From Ophelia neglecta (taxonomy: Eukaryota), in assembly GCA_965285935.1 (NCBI GenBank), contig OZ260662.1:46810001-46874000 (forward strand): a DNA stretch of 64,000 nucleotides. Reading direction: 5' to 3'. This document shows positions 13,101 to 25,400 of the stretch, piece after piece. Under the pieces are notes generated by a model. That model made no database searches. It was not told the DNA's origin and worked only from the letters and a program-made list of their open reading frames with translations. Within the stretch, counting starts at the first letter, position 1. Every line of letters starts with the position of its first letter. A program made the translations under genes and the position numbers.

Positions 13101-13515
13101 TAGTTTACACCTGGTGTAAATAATTGATAATTAAAATGATTCAGTTTTCTTGGGTCCCTATTAAACTTAATTCAGTTTCACAGGGTACCAGCCTGGTAAT
13201 CTGTGTTGAAGTGCCTTTAACCTACATGGCTTTTATTAAATAGTCTTTTTTCTAAATGTCTTGCACCTCCCCCCCCCCCTCCCCTCAGACATTTTGCATA
13301 ATGGTAGCAAGAATATTGGTGAAAGGGTTAGTCCTGATATTTAATATCTAAGGAAGTAAATCTATTTTTCCATTGTACCTGATGTTGGTGGGAGCAATAC
13401 AGTATGGATCCTTATTTCATTGAGATTAAACTTTATTTTACTAAAGTTTAACTTTTCAGATGTGCATGTCCAAGGGGTGGCATGATGTCAATGGTATGTG
13501 CTTAAGGAGATGGAG

Positions 13516-14861
13516 GTTGAGTCAGGATTAAGGAAAGGTTTGGTCACAATCACTGTAAGTAGATGTTTATAATTATCACACACCACATCCGCAACAACAG
13601 ACAACCAGGCACAATCACCTGCAGTGTTCTAACGCAACAACATACCCTTGACACACTACTACACTACACCACTACTCCGCCACAACACTGGGAATGGGGA
13701 TTATTAATTTTTATTTTATTAAAAGAACATTGTTGATTTTACTTCATTAATAACTGTCTTTTCTTTTTGCATGGATCCCTGACAAAAAATTTGGCTTGTA
13801 GTTGATTTGTCCCTGATGACCACATCTGGATCCTGCACCCCACAGACAACCCAACATGTAGGTATATCTTTTTAGAGGTGGAAGTTATTAAGTGGCTACT
13901 GATATATGTATCACCGGGATGTAAATATAAATTCAGATTTGGTCTATATTAGTTTATACTTTTCCTTTATAGATAAAAAGACACTTTAAATATAATAGCG
14001 GATAAATGCATTTCTAGGAATAATGTTATTTCCAAACCTTTTCAGTTGGAAACTACACATGATAAACTTTCATATTGAACCAAATTTGTGCGAAAATTTA
14101 TATATTTTAACAGCAAAGTTTGCATTTGTTTTTGAATATTTTTCACTTACAATATCTCATTTGTCCATATCAAGTGTTCTGGGAATTCGGTTTAAGTTTT
14201 TGAATAAACCATGAACATCATTTTTGAGAAGGATATTATTAGTATTAAAAGATCTGTATTTTGAATTTTAGAAAGTTGAGTCAGGATTAGGAAAAGGTTT
14301 GTTCCAGACCATATTGTAAGTATTGTTTATGATAATCACACACCACACTCGCAACAACCACATGCAGCGTTATAACGCAACAACCACATACAGCGTTATA
14401 ACGCAACAACATACCCTCAACACACCACACAGGCGCTACACACTACTACACCACTATACACCACTACACCACTATACACTACTACACTGCTATACACTAC
14501 TACACCACTATACACTACTACACCACTATACACTACTACACCACCATACATCACAAAAACACTGGGAGTGGGGAGTTAGTAATATTATATGAAAAAGGAC
14601 ATTTAATTTGTTGTTCTTGATTATTAATAACTATTATTTCTTTTTCATTCATCCTTGCCAATATGACATGTTGTGTTGTTGTGTTGTACCTGATGACCAT
14701 ACCTGGAACCTGCCCCCCCCCCCGGGACACCCAGACATGTAATTATATCAAATTAGAGCTTAAGTTCAAAAAGTAGCTGATAAATGTTTATCTGGTATAA
14801 ATTATAAGTAAGAAAATGTAACTTATGATTTAAATAATAATTTAGATTTTGTCCACATTAG
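13516..14861. repeat. Diverged direct duplication (~13516-13952 and ~14275-14861)
   Basis: Shared blocks GTTGAGTCAGGATTA.GAAA.GGTTT, GTAAGTA..TGTTTAT, AACGCAACAACATACCC, ACACTGGGA.TGGG and CCTGATGACCA...TGGA.CCTGC in the same order in both copies. Confidence 0.8.
14436..14548. repeat. 18-bp minisatellite (CACTACTACACCACTATA)n
   Basis: About six units are directly visible. It is expanded relative to the first copy of the duplication (13653-13680). Confidence 0.9.
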
Positions 14862-15270
14862 AAAAATAACTTGACACTTTTGTTTATCGTTTATACTTAT
14901 GACATGCATAAAAATGTATCGCCACAAGTTCTTCTGAATGAAAATGGCTCCAACATTTCATATGTTTTTGACCTTAGGTTTGTGATGACCTTTGCCCTGA
15001 TGACCCCATCCATCTGAAGTCACATGGATCCTGCTGATACATGGTACAGGTTGGCAGTACTTGGTTTAAATTTACATTGGTTAATGGTTTTTAAATAATT
15101 TTTTTTATTAAAACATTTGTTCATTCAATAAAGGCAAAATGATAACACTATAAACTTGAAGACAATAAACATATTACATTATAAAACGCTATATAAATTA
15201 ATCTGTTTATGCCGACGTGATTGTACAATGGCAAAGCAATAAAATATCCTTGAATCCTTAAATCATAACA

Positions 15271-16788
15271 TTTATTGAGTCTTCCGCCAACTGGTATTCT
15301 CTTTTTTTTCATGAACATAAAGGATGGTGAATTACTGGATGAACGATGACTGCCGATGATGTCTTGAAGAAACTATACCCATGTTCCCTATATAATTGTT
15401 TGTATCCCCCTTGGCCACTTGTCTATCCCCCCATACCCCCGGGCACCTAGCCGCAGTATTCTCTGTTATGTTTACTTTGCTTGAGCCTCCGATCGCTTGC
15501 ACCGTGGCACAGTTCCTATCCGGGTGAGCAACTGGTGGTTAGAAGTAAACAGTACGCCAGGCTAAGGTGTGACCGTATAAAGCATGCTCTAGGTCTGTTG
15601 AGTGGCCAAGTTATGTGGCTCCGGGGAGCAGGTTTATGTTGATAATATGTAATCATCATTGTCAACATAGAGCTGCCCTCGAAGCCATCTAACTTGGCTA
15701 CTCCTTACTTTTAGGGTGCTAAGCTCCTCAAATCTGACTTCACACGTTCGACCTAAGGACCAGTGTCTTAGGCACGTGAGGGGCGATAATTGTATCGAGT
15801 CCTACAATTTGTAAGACCGGGTACAAGCCAAGTGAAGCAGTAGGCAACCCTGAAAAAATCCAAGGCCATTTGATAGTTCTCATTCCCTAATTTTCCTTCC
15901 CACCCATCACCCCTTGTGACATACATTTGATGTTCTGTGAATCAGATCAGCACACATCTGTATTTTTCAATGGGTATTATAATTGAAAACTCAGTATAGA
16001 GAAGTCTATATATATAATAGATTTATAGATTTATAAGATTAACCCTAACCAGTAATGCTGTAAAAAAATTAATAAACCCTATATATTAATTTAGTTCTCT
16101 CTATACATTTTTAAAAAAAAATGGTACATAGTAATAGTATTAAACATGTTACGGTCTTTGACATAAAACCTCATATTTATGATTTCCTCCTGTTACTGAC
16201 AATTCATCAAAATTATATCCCCCCTCCCCCCAATATATTTATTTGCTCTAAACAGTGGAAATCGCATGAAATGGCAAGAAAAGCAAATGAAAAGTGTTTG
16301 CTCAAATTTTTTCAAAAAGTCCCAGACCCCCTCCGCCACCCCCTCCCCACCACCAAATATTTTATTTGCTGACAACAGTGGAAATCGTTAGATCTAATAA
16401 CCTGTCACCTCCGCAATCAGACTAGTATTTTCCATTTCCTAGGGTGGTCTCAATTGACAGGTTTCCCTGTAAACACCGACACCCCCTCCAAGTCTTCCCC
16501 AACCTACCCCTGCTCTACACACACACCAACACCCCTCCCCCCTCTCTTATTAAACCTTTTTGGCCTTCACCACTAGTACAAACAGTAAGCTTATACATGC
16601 AAAACATAGCTAGTAAATACAGTCAGCTTATACTGGTACAAAAAACATAATTAAGTAGGAGGCAGAGCTATTAAATTCATAGAACTTACATCAGCTAATT
16701 TAACTGTGAGTCATCAGAGCCTATATCGACTACAGTTGGACTTGTTGTCCTAGACTGATCAATGACTGGCAATGCCTAGTCGATATGC
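15271..16788 (-). ncRNA. Putative spliced non-coding or decayed transcript on the minus strand; candidate exons 16788-16690 and 15849-~15260
   Basis: Minus strand reads CTTTTCTTGGCATTACATAG|...|GTAAGT (99-nt exon with stops in all three frames), then TTTTTTCAG| into a GC-richer ~580-nt segment ending in AATAAA (15276-15271). Confidence 0.3.
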
Positions 16789-17656
16789 CTATGTAATGCC
16801 AAGAAAAGACCCGACCCCCCCCCCCCTCAAAACACATATAATTGCCTGAAATGGGGACAAAGGCAACAAAAAAACAAAAAATATTGAATATTTTTTTGAA
16901 AAAAGTCAAAAGAAATTATCTTAAAAAAAACTGTTCCCCAACAATTTATATATTTTGCTCAAAACTCTTAAATCTGTCTGAAATGACGTAAAAACAAAAC
17001 TATTTGACAATTTTTTGGTCAATCACATTTTTTATTATGCATTGCTATGGACACTAAATATATTTGGATGTCTACCAAAAGTATCGGCAGCGGAAGACAT
17101 GACCCAATACATATCCCCCAACTTTTTGCAAAAAAAAAGGTGGACGCAAAAATTACTGGCAGTGCAGGAATTTCCTTTGAATAAAAGGTAGAGAGTAAAC
17201 ATTTTAAGTTATTTTAGCGCTGTTAGAAGCAACAAGACCCTCAGCTGGGTCACAACAAATCATAGTGTTAAACCATTTTGAAAGTTTGTTTGAGTTATTA
17301 ATGCTGCTCTCTAACCAAGGGGTAACAAAGTTTCTTTTTCATTTAATCCCACAAAATAAAAAGGGGAGGCCGGGGTTAGTTGAAAATTGAAATAAGGGTG
17401 AGTTGTAACCGACATAACTATTATATCCACATAGCCTTCTTCTTTCAGTCTGGCTCAGGGCTGGTTTGTTACTACTTCTCTCTCCGGCTCAGCAATTGTA
17501 CATAGTGAATCGGTATTTTCAAAGTTAGATTGTCACTTAACTATCAGGCATAAAAAGAGCATGATTAGGTTTTCTGATTTTTTTTATAGGAAACATGACA
17601 GGTGTAAGTATATTTGATTTTTTGGTTGAGTTTAAATCTAACAGAGCAATTCATAT

Positions 17657-18300
17657 TATATATATATATATCTTTATTCGTACATGTATATGTGTACACA
17701 ATGTTAGAAAAGTACAAAAAGTTTACATAAAGTTAATTAGTGCATAAGGAGGTGATGGAAAAGCCTATTTCCTCCAAGTTCAAGAAAGTGCACCAAAAAA
17801 GACTCTCATGCCGCGTGGCGAGTAGATCACGTATAAGGCCTGAAGTGACACAGTTCTCAACATTCACAGCTTGTAACTGCGACTCTACAACACCCTGACT
17901 TTTCAGACACATAAATTAAGCTATTAGAAGTGGGTGATCTGCTCCCAGCCAAGGCCAACTTTGCACATAGGTTAGTAATCTCATTACAACTGCTCTGCAG
18001 TGAGCTAAAAAAAATGACACAAAGCGATTAAAGAGCTGATGGTCAATTGGTACATCACTAAATATAAGATTTAGCAGACTAGAATGAGTATTTCTTGGTA
18101 TGTTTAACAAAAACCGTATTGATTTTCGCCAAGCTACATAGAAACTTTCTATAGTTGGGGAGCTAAGATCCAATAACTGAACACCATATAAAGGCATACA
18201 ATAGGTTTTAAAAAGCGAATAAATCAGGTCTACTGGCAACCATTTGAAGTGTGACTTTACCATATTTACTCTTATTTACTCTTAAATTAGACTCCAGTAC
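17657..18300 (-). mobile_element. 5'-truncated, decayed LINE (CR1/L2-group) 3' fragment
   Basis: ORF 17916-18263 (SLFKTYCMPLYGVQLLDL...FYVAWRKSIRFLLNIPRNTHSSLL) is typical of the post-RT region of CR1/L2-type ORF2. A frameshift follows, and the 3' end is AATAAA plus an (AT)n tail at ~17657-17678. Confidence 0.8.
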
Positions 18301-18302
18301 TA

Positions 18303-18955
18303 CCGTTTTATCGCGCATATATAGGCGCAGGCGCCTATAAGCGAATTTCGGTTTTTTCATGTCAATAAAAAATAGGTGGGTCCCACGTATAATCGCATGC
18401 GCCTGTATTCGAATATAGGCGCCTATATTCGAGTGACACGTGCACTTTGCACTAAATGCATACGCTATATAGCCTACTATACACAGCTAGACATTGACTA
18501 TGGAAGGGATATTTAACGTTACGGTACATGAAATTCCAGAAGATGAGCCTCATTTTTCACGGGGTTTGGGGGGGGGGGGGTCTTCCCAGGTCTCAAGGAT
18601 ATTCATTATATTATAGTACACATGCATAACACAGCGGAATTGTTGGTAACATTATGTTAAGCATTTATTCTGAAATTATAAAGAATACCTGATCTTTCTT
18701 TATTTTTTATTTATTGTGCAAATATATCATTTGGGCAGAAAGACTTTACCGCAAGTAAAAGCCAGGAATCTCTTTAAATTTACCACTTTTAATTATTTTC
18801 TTATCCGGGTCTAATTCTCTGAATGACCTCCTTCGCCGGCCTGAGTTTTTACAGTTTTACAACTGCCTCGCTTATAGGCGCATGCGCTTGTATTCGAATA
18901 TAAGCGCACCCACGAATAGAAGCGCAAGCGCCTATATATAAGCGCGATAATACGG
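18303..18955. mobile_element. ~650-bp MITE, Tc1/mariner superfamily-like (CCGT ends, TA TSD)
   Basis: Left TA|CCGTTTTATCGCGCATATATAGGCGC; right reverse complement TA|CCGTATTATCGCGCTTATATATAGGCGC. Subterminal TATAGGCGC and TATTCGAATA motifs occur at both ends. Confidence 0.88.
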
Positions 18956-20031
18956 TAAACAATGTTGACCAATAACACGGACTTCCGTGACAGTTTCTGC
19001 CTGTTCCAGTTTCTGCCTTGCTAATGAATGGTCAATTTGGATTCAGGTCCAGGCAGTTCTGGTTGGCATCTCAGCGGACATCTACCGGCAGTACGATGGC
19101 CGCATGATGGTGCCATACGGGGGCAGACTGGACGCGAATACCCCGCGTGGTGGTCATTTAAACAGAGTTGTCAAATGTCAATCAACAATCCTATTGGGCG
19201 TTTTCACACACAAACCTAAGGGGGATTTTTTTTAAACTCCCGGAACTGACAATAAAAACCATTTCATCCCATTAGTAGAAGTGTGCAATCAAATAAACTC
19301 TAACATAGTAGTAATCACAAATTCATAGTAGTAACAACATAAAGGAAGACTTCACTGAATATGGACCTTCCTAATACCAGTCGCACTCGCTAGGCGCTGT
19401 TGGAGTTTTCCTGTTTATAAATGTATTATGCCCTACAAACAGGCCGAACCCTACTAGGCTATGTTCAAGGACAGAAACATACAATTTTGTAAATTTAACA
19501 GATGGCATTGGAAAATTGTCTATCTATCACAGTGCTGATGCCATCAGACATTGTCTACAAGAAAAATATACAATGAATAGAGTACGAAACTTGACCAGTG
19601 TAGGAGGCAGAGTATTATAGGTGTTACTCAGTTAGGATTTTCATTTTAGATAGAGGTGCATATATATAAATAGTGTGTTTTTAATTTAGTTGAAGCCTTT
19701 GCTAACATCATAATGCACTTTAACCATCCCCTGTATTATACATAAGGCCATTCGTAGGATGCTACCCATAGTACATGTAGAGTAGTACTGGATGTGTGTG
19801 TGCATGTTAGGGGGGGGGGGGGGGCAGATTATTGGTTATTTATTCAGTGAAAATTAATTGTTCATGACCTTTAGCATGTATATATACAACTATTTATGAT
19901 GTACCTAGTAAAATAGAAGTAACAGAATATTATTTCTTTCCCAGGACCAGCAGGACTCTAACAGTTTGATGCAGATATATCAGGAGCAAAAATAGTGAGC
20001 ATTTAAATTTCCATTCTGGGGCAATCAGGCC

Positions 20032-20751
20032 ATGGCAAGATTAAAAGTTTTAACATTTGATGTCACAAATACCATATTGAAAGTCATAGGATCACCCAGC
20101 TTCCAATATGCACAAGTTGCCAATAATATAGGAATAAACATATCATCTGACCAATTAGAAAGAGTCTATGGTCATACATGGAAGGAAACTAGAGAAAAAT
20201 TCCCTCACTATGGAATCAATGATGGCATGACAAGTAGGGAATGGTGGGAAGGTTTTGTGCATAAAGTCTTTATAAATGCTGGTTATTCTGGAGACATTGA
20301 CAATCTTAAAAAGGTCTCAGATGGATTATGGACTGCATTCAGTGAAGGATCTAACTGGGAAGTGCTCCCTCAATCACATGAAACCCTCGGTGAACTTAAA
20401 AACAAAGGAGTGAAACTTGGGGTTATATCAAACTTTGATGAAAGACTTCATGGTACACTAGAAAAACATAATTTAAAAGATTACTTTGATTTTTGTGTGA
20501 CACCACTCATTGCAAAAACCTCCAAACCAGACCCAGCAATGTTTGAATTTGCCTTGGCATACGGAGACTTTGAAGCCCACCATGCAGGCCACATAGGAGA
20601 CCATGTAAATCATGATTACTGGGCTCCTAAGGAAATAGGCTTTACACCATTTCTTATTGACAGGCAGAGTAAACTGACTGATGACAAGCTTCAAGGAATC
20701 AACAGAAAATATGTCTTACATGATCTTAAAGGCCTGTTGGAATTTTTCTGA
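20032..20751 (+). CDS. HDHD3: Haloacid dehalogenase-like hydrolase domain-containing protein 3 (Reg-2-like), single coding exon, 239 aa
   Basis: HAD motif I TFDVTNT, motif II GVISNFDERL, motif III SKPDP and motif IV HIGDHVNHD. An upstream acceptor TTTCTTTCCCAG (~19944) implies a non-coding first exon. Confidence 0.92.
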   Translation: MARLKVLTFDVTNTILKVIGSPSFQYAQVANNIGINISSDQLERVYGHTWKETREKFPHYGINDGMTSREWWEGFVHKVFINAGYSGDIDNLKKVSDGLWTAFSEGSNWEVLPQSHETLGELKNKGVKLGVISNFDERLHGTLEKHNLKDYFDFCVTPLIAKTSKPDPAMFEFALAYGDFEAHHAGHIGDHVNHDYWAPKEIGFTPFLIDRQSKLTDDKLQGINRKYVLHDLKGLLEFF

Positions 20752-22479
20752 CAGTAATTTAATAATGAGTAATTATGACAGGATTGCAATAAATTTATTT
20801 TACAGGGTCACCTTGTATAGCTTGTTTTTCTTATAAACAGCTGAATTGTAAGCAAATAAATGCCATTATTAAAAGGGTAGGTTGCTCCCTTATAATGGTT
20901 ATTAAAATGTGGTACCTATACCTAAATGGTTTTCAAAGTTTATCAATTGCTGTAAAAAATAACTTCCATGCTTTAGTATCAATCGTTTTCATGCACTTAC
21001 TGGTATAAATAATGTACCTATAGTAATGGCATGTGCAAAACCTACTTAGGTAATGAATTGCCATTCATGCCCATTCATCAACAGAGCCTGAATCATGAAA
21101 GTTCCTGTTTGTCATGAATATGATAATTCATGGTGAATTGTGGTGCCCATTGCAGAATTGTACTTTGGACAAACAACTAGAACTGTTATGACATTTTGGC
21201 ACATTAGGTTTATTTTCAAAATTATTTGTGAAATTTTCTGCACTACTTCTAAAATTAATGCACACTCTTTTACATGTCATTACATTCCTTACACTACTTC
21301 TGCTTTGACATTACGTTTCTGCTCATTATAGATATTCCTGGTACAAATTGTTTGCAGGTCAGATCAGTGGTTGCGATATTAGTGAATGTGTATTTTGGAA
21401 GGGCTGTTTAAAACTATAATGCTTTAATGAAATTCAGAGCAGGAATTTGCATCAATTACCCTCCCATTTTGTGGTGGATCATATACAGTATCAAAAATGA
21501 CAATTTATTAAAATGGAGCTTATTTTTCCTTAACAGATCTTGCAACTGTAAAAAAGTGTAATTTCCACTAGCAATTTTGCATAATTTTCACATAAAAACA
21601 GGGATTCAGGGAAAACAAAGCGCATGATAATTTTATGCAGCACTAGATTATTCAAGTTTGTTTAAATAGTTAGTAAATAACATCAAACAAGTTAATGAAG
21701 TCCAATCCACAAAAATTCAATGCCTCTAATATTTCATGTTTTTCATTATTAAATATGTTAGAAAACATCTGACGAGGCCTTGTCTTTTTCAATAAGAAGA
21801 ACATTAGAAGTAATAAAAAGTCATATAGTAGATCAATATGTTTTATTTATGTGCAAATCATTTATTGTTTCATACAGACGTAGGAACAAGAGACCCTGAC
21901 ACCCCAACATCTTAACCATGAGCCTTACAGGTATATTTCAATGTGATATGTTCATGAATTACATAAGAGACATGTATGGGTCTGAGGTAAGGTCACATGT
22001 TAAAGTGTAATACAAAAATAAACACCACTCTTAAACACAGTATGAGAAACAAATATTTTACTGTTTGTTCAGATTTAATAAGGACAGCAAATTTAATGTA
22101 AGCCAACAGGAGAGTCATCTATTGTTCATAAATGAAATTAAACATTACCATAGCTTATCGTAAAAACACAACTCCGCACATGTATGCCTTTTCCCAGAGT
22201 GAGTAATTGGAAAGGATATATTTATGCTACATGTTTCAAGAAATTTTCTTACCAGGTGATACAATATAGTAATCAGAAAATACCTTTATAATAGGGCATT
22301 TTAAAGATGCACTTGAAGAAAAAATACATTTAGTTTAACAAGGGCAAAGTGTTTTAAATGTTTTATTCTCTAACTTATAAAAGTCAAGGCACTGGATGTT
22401 ACTGATGCTGTGAGTTCATTTTCTTTTCTCCAGAATTTCACACATATCTTTAGCATTACCTTCCTGCCTGATTACAAAT

Positions 22480-25400
22480 CTAGACATAGTAATTGAGCAT
22501 GCTTTCAAAATGCTCCTGTTTAGCTGAGCGCTGTTCAGGCTCTCCATTTGCCTTTATGTAATCCTCACAATCTTCTAAAGTAGCTGTTCCTTTCTCAATG
22601 TTTGCTCCAAGACCAGTTTTGAAGCTGGCATATCTATAATGAAATGATGAAAAAGGGCTTTCATTATCTCATGTGCATACGAAGAACTGAGGTCTTTAGA
22701 CTTGATTTTTTGACGTTATTTAGATAGAATTGTGTAAATAAATATAAGCCATACCTTTCATCTCTTTCTTTATCTAAGACACCCTCTTCTGAAATTTTGG
22801 CTGCAGCTTTCAGGCCGCGGGCAAAAGAGTCCATAGCACCAACATGTGCAATGAACATGTCCTCTACAGCAGTTGACTCCCGTCGTACTTTAGCATCAAA
22901 GTTCAAACCACCTGGCATAATAAATTGTATTTGCATCTGAGCATAATGTACATGTATACTGTAACGATAAATATGTTAGCACATGTTTAAATTTGCCTCT
23001 TGCGAAAAAGACACTTTGCAGCTTTCTATTTTCACATTATAAGCTATGTAGGCCTTATCTGTGCATGCCCAAAACAGTTTCGGGAGTTTCAATTTCATGA
23101 CCAAGTGCTTTTTGTTTGAAAAAGTTGCAAATTTAAACCAAAGCAAACTTATTTTAATGTTACAGTAAATATAAATCTTATCTGAGACTAATGAGGCCAA
23201 AGAACTTTTATAAACAACGAAATACATTTAATATCACCAATCATTTTAGAATTAAATAATTACTATATCTATGCAGTTAGGTTAAATACATATTAATAAT
23301 CTTTAACTATTTTGGTTTAATTGGCCCCTCACCTGGCTGTATACCGCCTTGGGCCAGCACCGCCCTCATTACCATTGTGCAGTTTTTCACATCCATTGGG
23401 AACTGGTCAGTGTCCCAGCCCAGATCTGGTGAGCCCGTGTTGGAATCAATGGAACCCAGCATGCCAAACTCTGAGGCAAATATCACATCATGCTCATAGG
23501 TGTGACCAGCCAGGGTCGTGTGATTAGGCTCGACATTGATCTTAAAGTGCTTGTCCAGATCAAAACTCTTGAGGAATGCAATCACAGTCATTGCATCATA
23601 GTCATACTGATGTTTAGTTGGTTCCTTGGCCTGTGTAATAAATGAATGACAAATAGTTTTAGCTCTAGATCTTCCAGCATGGCTAATCAGATTTGTCAAA
23701 ATCATGAATTAGAATCATGAACTACTTCATTTTGGTTTTATTTGGTTTACCCTCATATCTCAGAGAACCTGGAATTGTTGCAGCTTATGAATTCGGTATC
23801 ATATCCCAGAGAGTCTGGAATTGTTGCAGCTTATGAATTCGGTAGACTTTATAAATTTCAATGAAGTAATTATATAGACCATCCTACCTTAGGTTCAATC
23901 AAGAATTGCCCTTTGAAACCAATTTTCTCAGCATGAGCCACAGCCATCTTGAAGAATGCCGCCATGTGGCTCAGTTCTGAATACACCTTAGTATTAAGCA
24001 GTGAGTAGTAACCTTCTCTTCCACCCCAGAACACATAATTTTCAGCTCCAAGCTTATTAGCAATTTCCAATCCCTTCTTCACCTGAGCTCCAGCATAGGC
24101 AACAACATGGGCATCTGGGTTTGAGGCAGCCCCATTCATGTACCTTGGGAGTAGAGCCAACAATGTTGAATTTCAAAGTCTTGAAAGTGTGATGAACATA
24201 GTTATACAAATAGAAGACTTGTTTTTAAAAAGATTGTTATACAGATATCTCAACAACTTCTGCAGAAAATTATGTTATAAAATGCTTTTATGATACAGCC
24301 TACATTTTTCTAGAACTGTTTCTGTAATACCTTTGAATTTTTGCACATATATATATTTTAATGATAATGCAGTCTTATTTTTGCCAGTGGCATAGTTTCT
24401 GCCTCCACTAAAGTTCTCAAAAAAGAAGAATATTGTTTGAAAACCTCAACACAAGTAAATGCAATAATTCTGTCTATTTATATCAAAATCCCAAGACAAT
24501 ATAATATTCTGTGTTCTGGGAGATATATTTATGTTACACAATATTTGCCTAGGTAGCCGTTGCGGTGATTATTCTTGGGATTGTTCTCATTACCTTGGAT
24601 TTGTAAAGAGGTTGCAGGTGGCCCATAAACACTTGATGCCTTTCTGCTGCTGTAGTTCCAATGCAAAATCCGTCATTTCATCAAGGTTTCTGCAAATTAC
24701 ATTGCAACTATCAGTAAGCAATATATCTATTTGGCTATAATGCATGTATTAAATGTGGACATATGCTTTTCAGGATTGAAAATACTTTATCAATTTAATC
24801 AGCATCATTATTACTAGGATGGCATGTATTAGAACAGACTTTTTTTTGATAAACTTGCAAGAAGTTCATATACAATGTATGTTGATTTCCATTATGCCTT
24901 GCCATAAGATGATTGCATATTTTCCGAGGAAGCCTACCTGTTTGTTTCCTCTAGATCCGCGCCCTCTGGGGAGATATCATGATCATGGAATGTCCAATAC
25001 TTCACTCCTAGTTTTGACATGAATTCAAATGCAACTCGCATCCTCCTTTTAGCATTCTCAATGCTGTTTGTGCCATCTTCCCATGAACGACTTATAGTCC
25101 CTGGAAAATTGAGCTACGTTTAAAAAAAACTATCATTAACAAACCTTGGTAGCGGGAGTCAAGTTGAATTTAGTAGCTTAGCAGTAAATACTAGCGGTGA
25201 GCACCATATTATATATCCAGTGATGTGATCATACTGTTTTAGATGGCCTGTTTATGTAACTTTATCACTGAAACACCCCACTTAATTCTGGATTAATTAA
25301 GGTGGTTGTTTTGCCAACTATTTTGATTACTATTTCTTGATTTTCAATATAAAACTTTTCTTTTTTCATGAATAGTTGCGCCATCTGGATTTACCCTATA

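Larger units (their letters stand above)
13460..15132 (+). ncRNA. Putative spliced non-coding or decayed transcript; candidate exons 13460-13554, 13802-13857, 14272-14315, 14978-~15150
   Basis: Acceptor/donor pairs TTTTCAG...GTAAGT, TTGTAG...GTAGGT, TTTTAG...GTAAGT and CCTTAG, with AATAAA at 15127-15132. No long ORF. Confidence 0.35.
12006..19138. mobile_element. Putative ~7.1-kb non-autonomous DNA transposon-like block with long imperfect terminal inverted repeats
   Basis: Four collinear inverted matches: TTCGCG 12006-12011/19133-19138; GGCGCCATCATGCGGC 12028-12043/19099-19114; GACCTGACCCAAATTGACCA 12084-12103/19029-19049; ACGGAAGTACGCGTTTATTGG 12123-12143/18969-18988. No TSD or transposase was recognised. 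Confidence 0.55.

Noticed and set aside
14323-14592. His/Tyr/Thr/Leu-repeat ORF suggesting a metal-binding peptide
   Set aside because: Translation of the 18-bp minisatellite, with a non-ATG start.
13812-15020. Repeated TGATGA...CTGA as possible C/D box snoRNAs
   Set aside because: C boxes lack the usual context and terminal stems, spacing to CTGA is wrong, and no rRNA-complementary guide was recognised.
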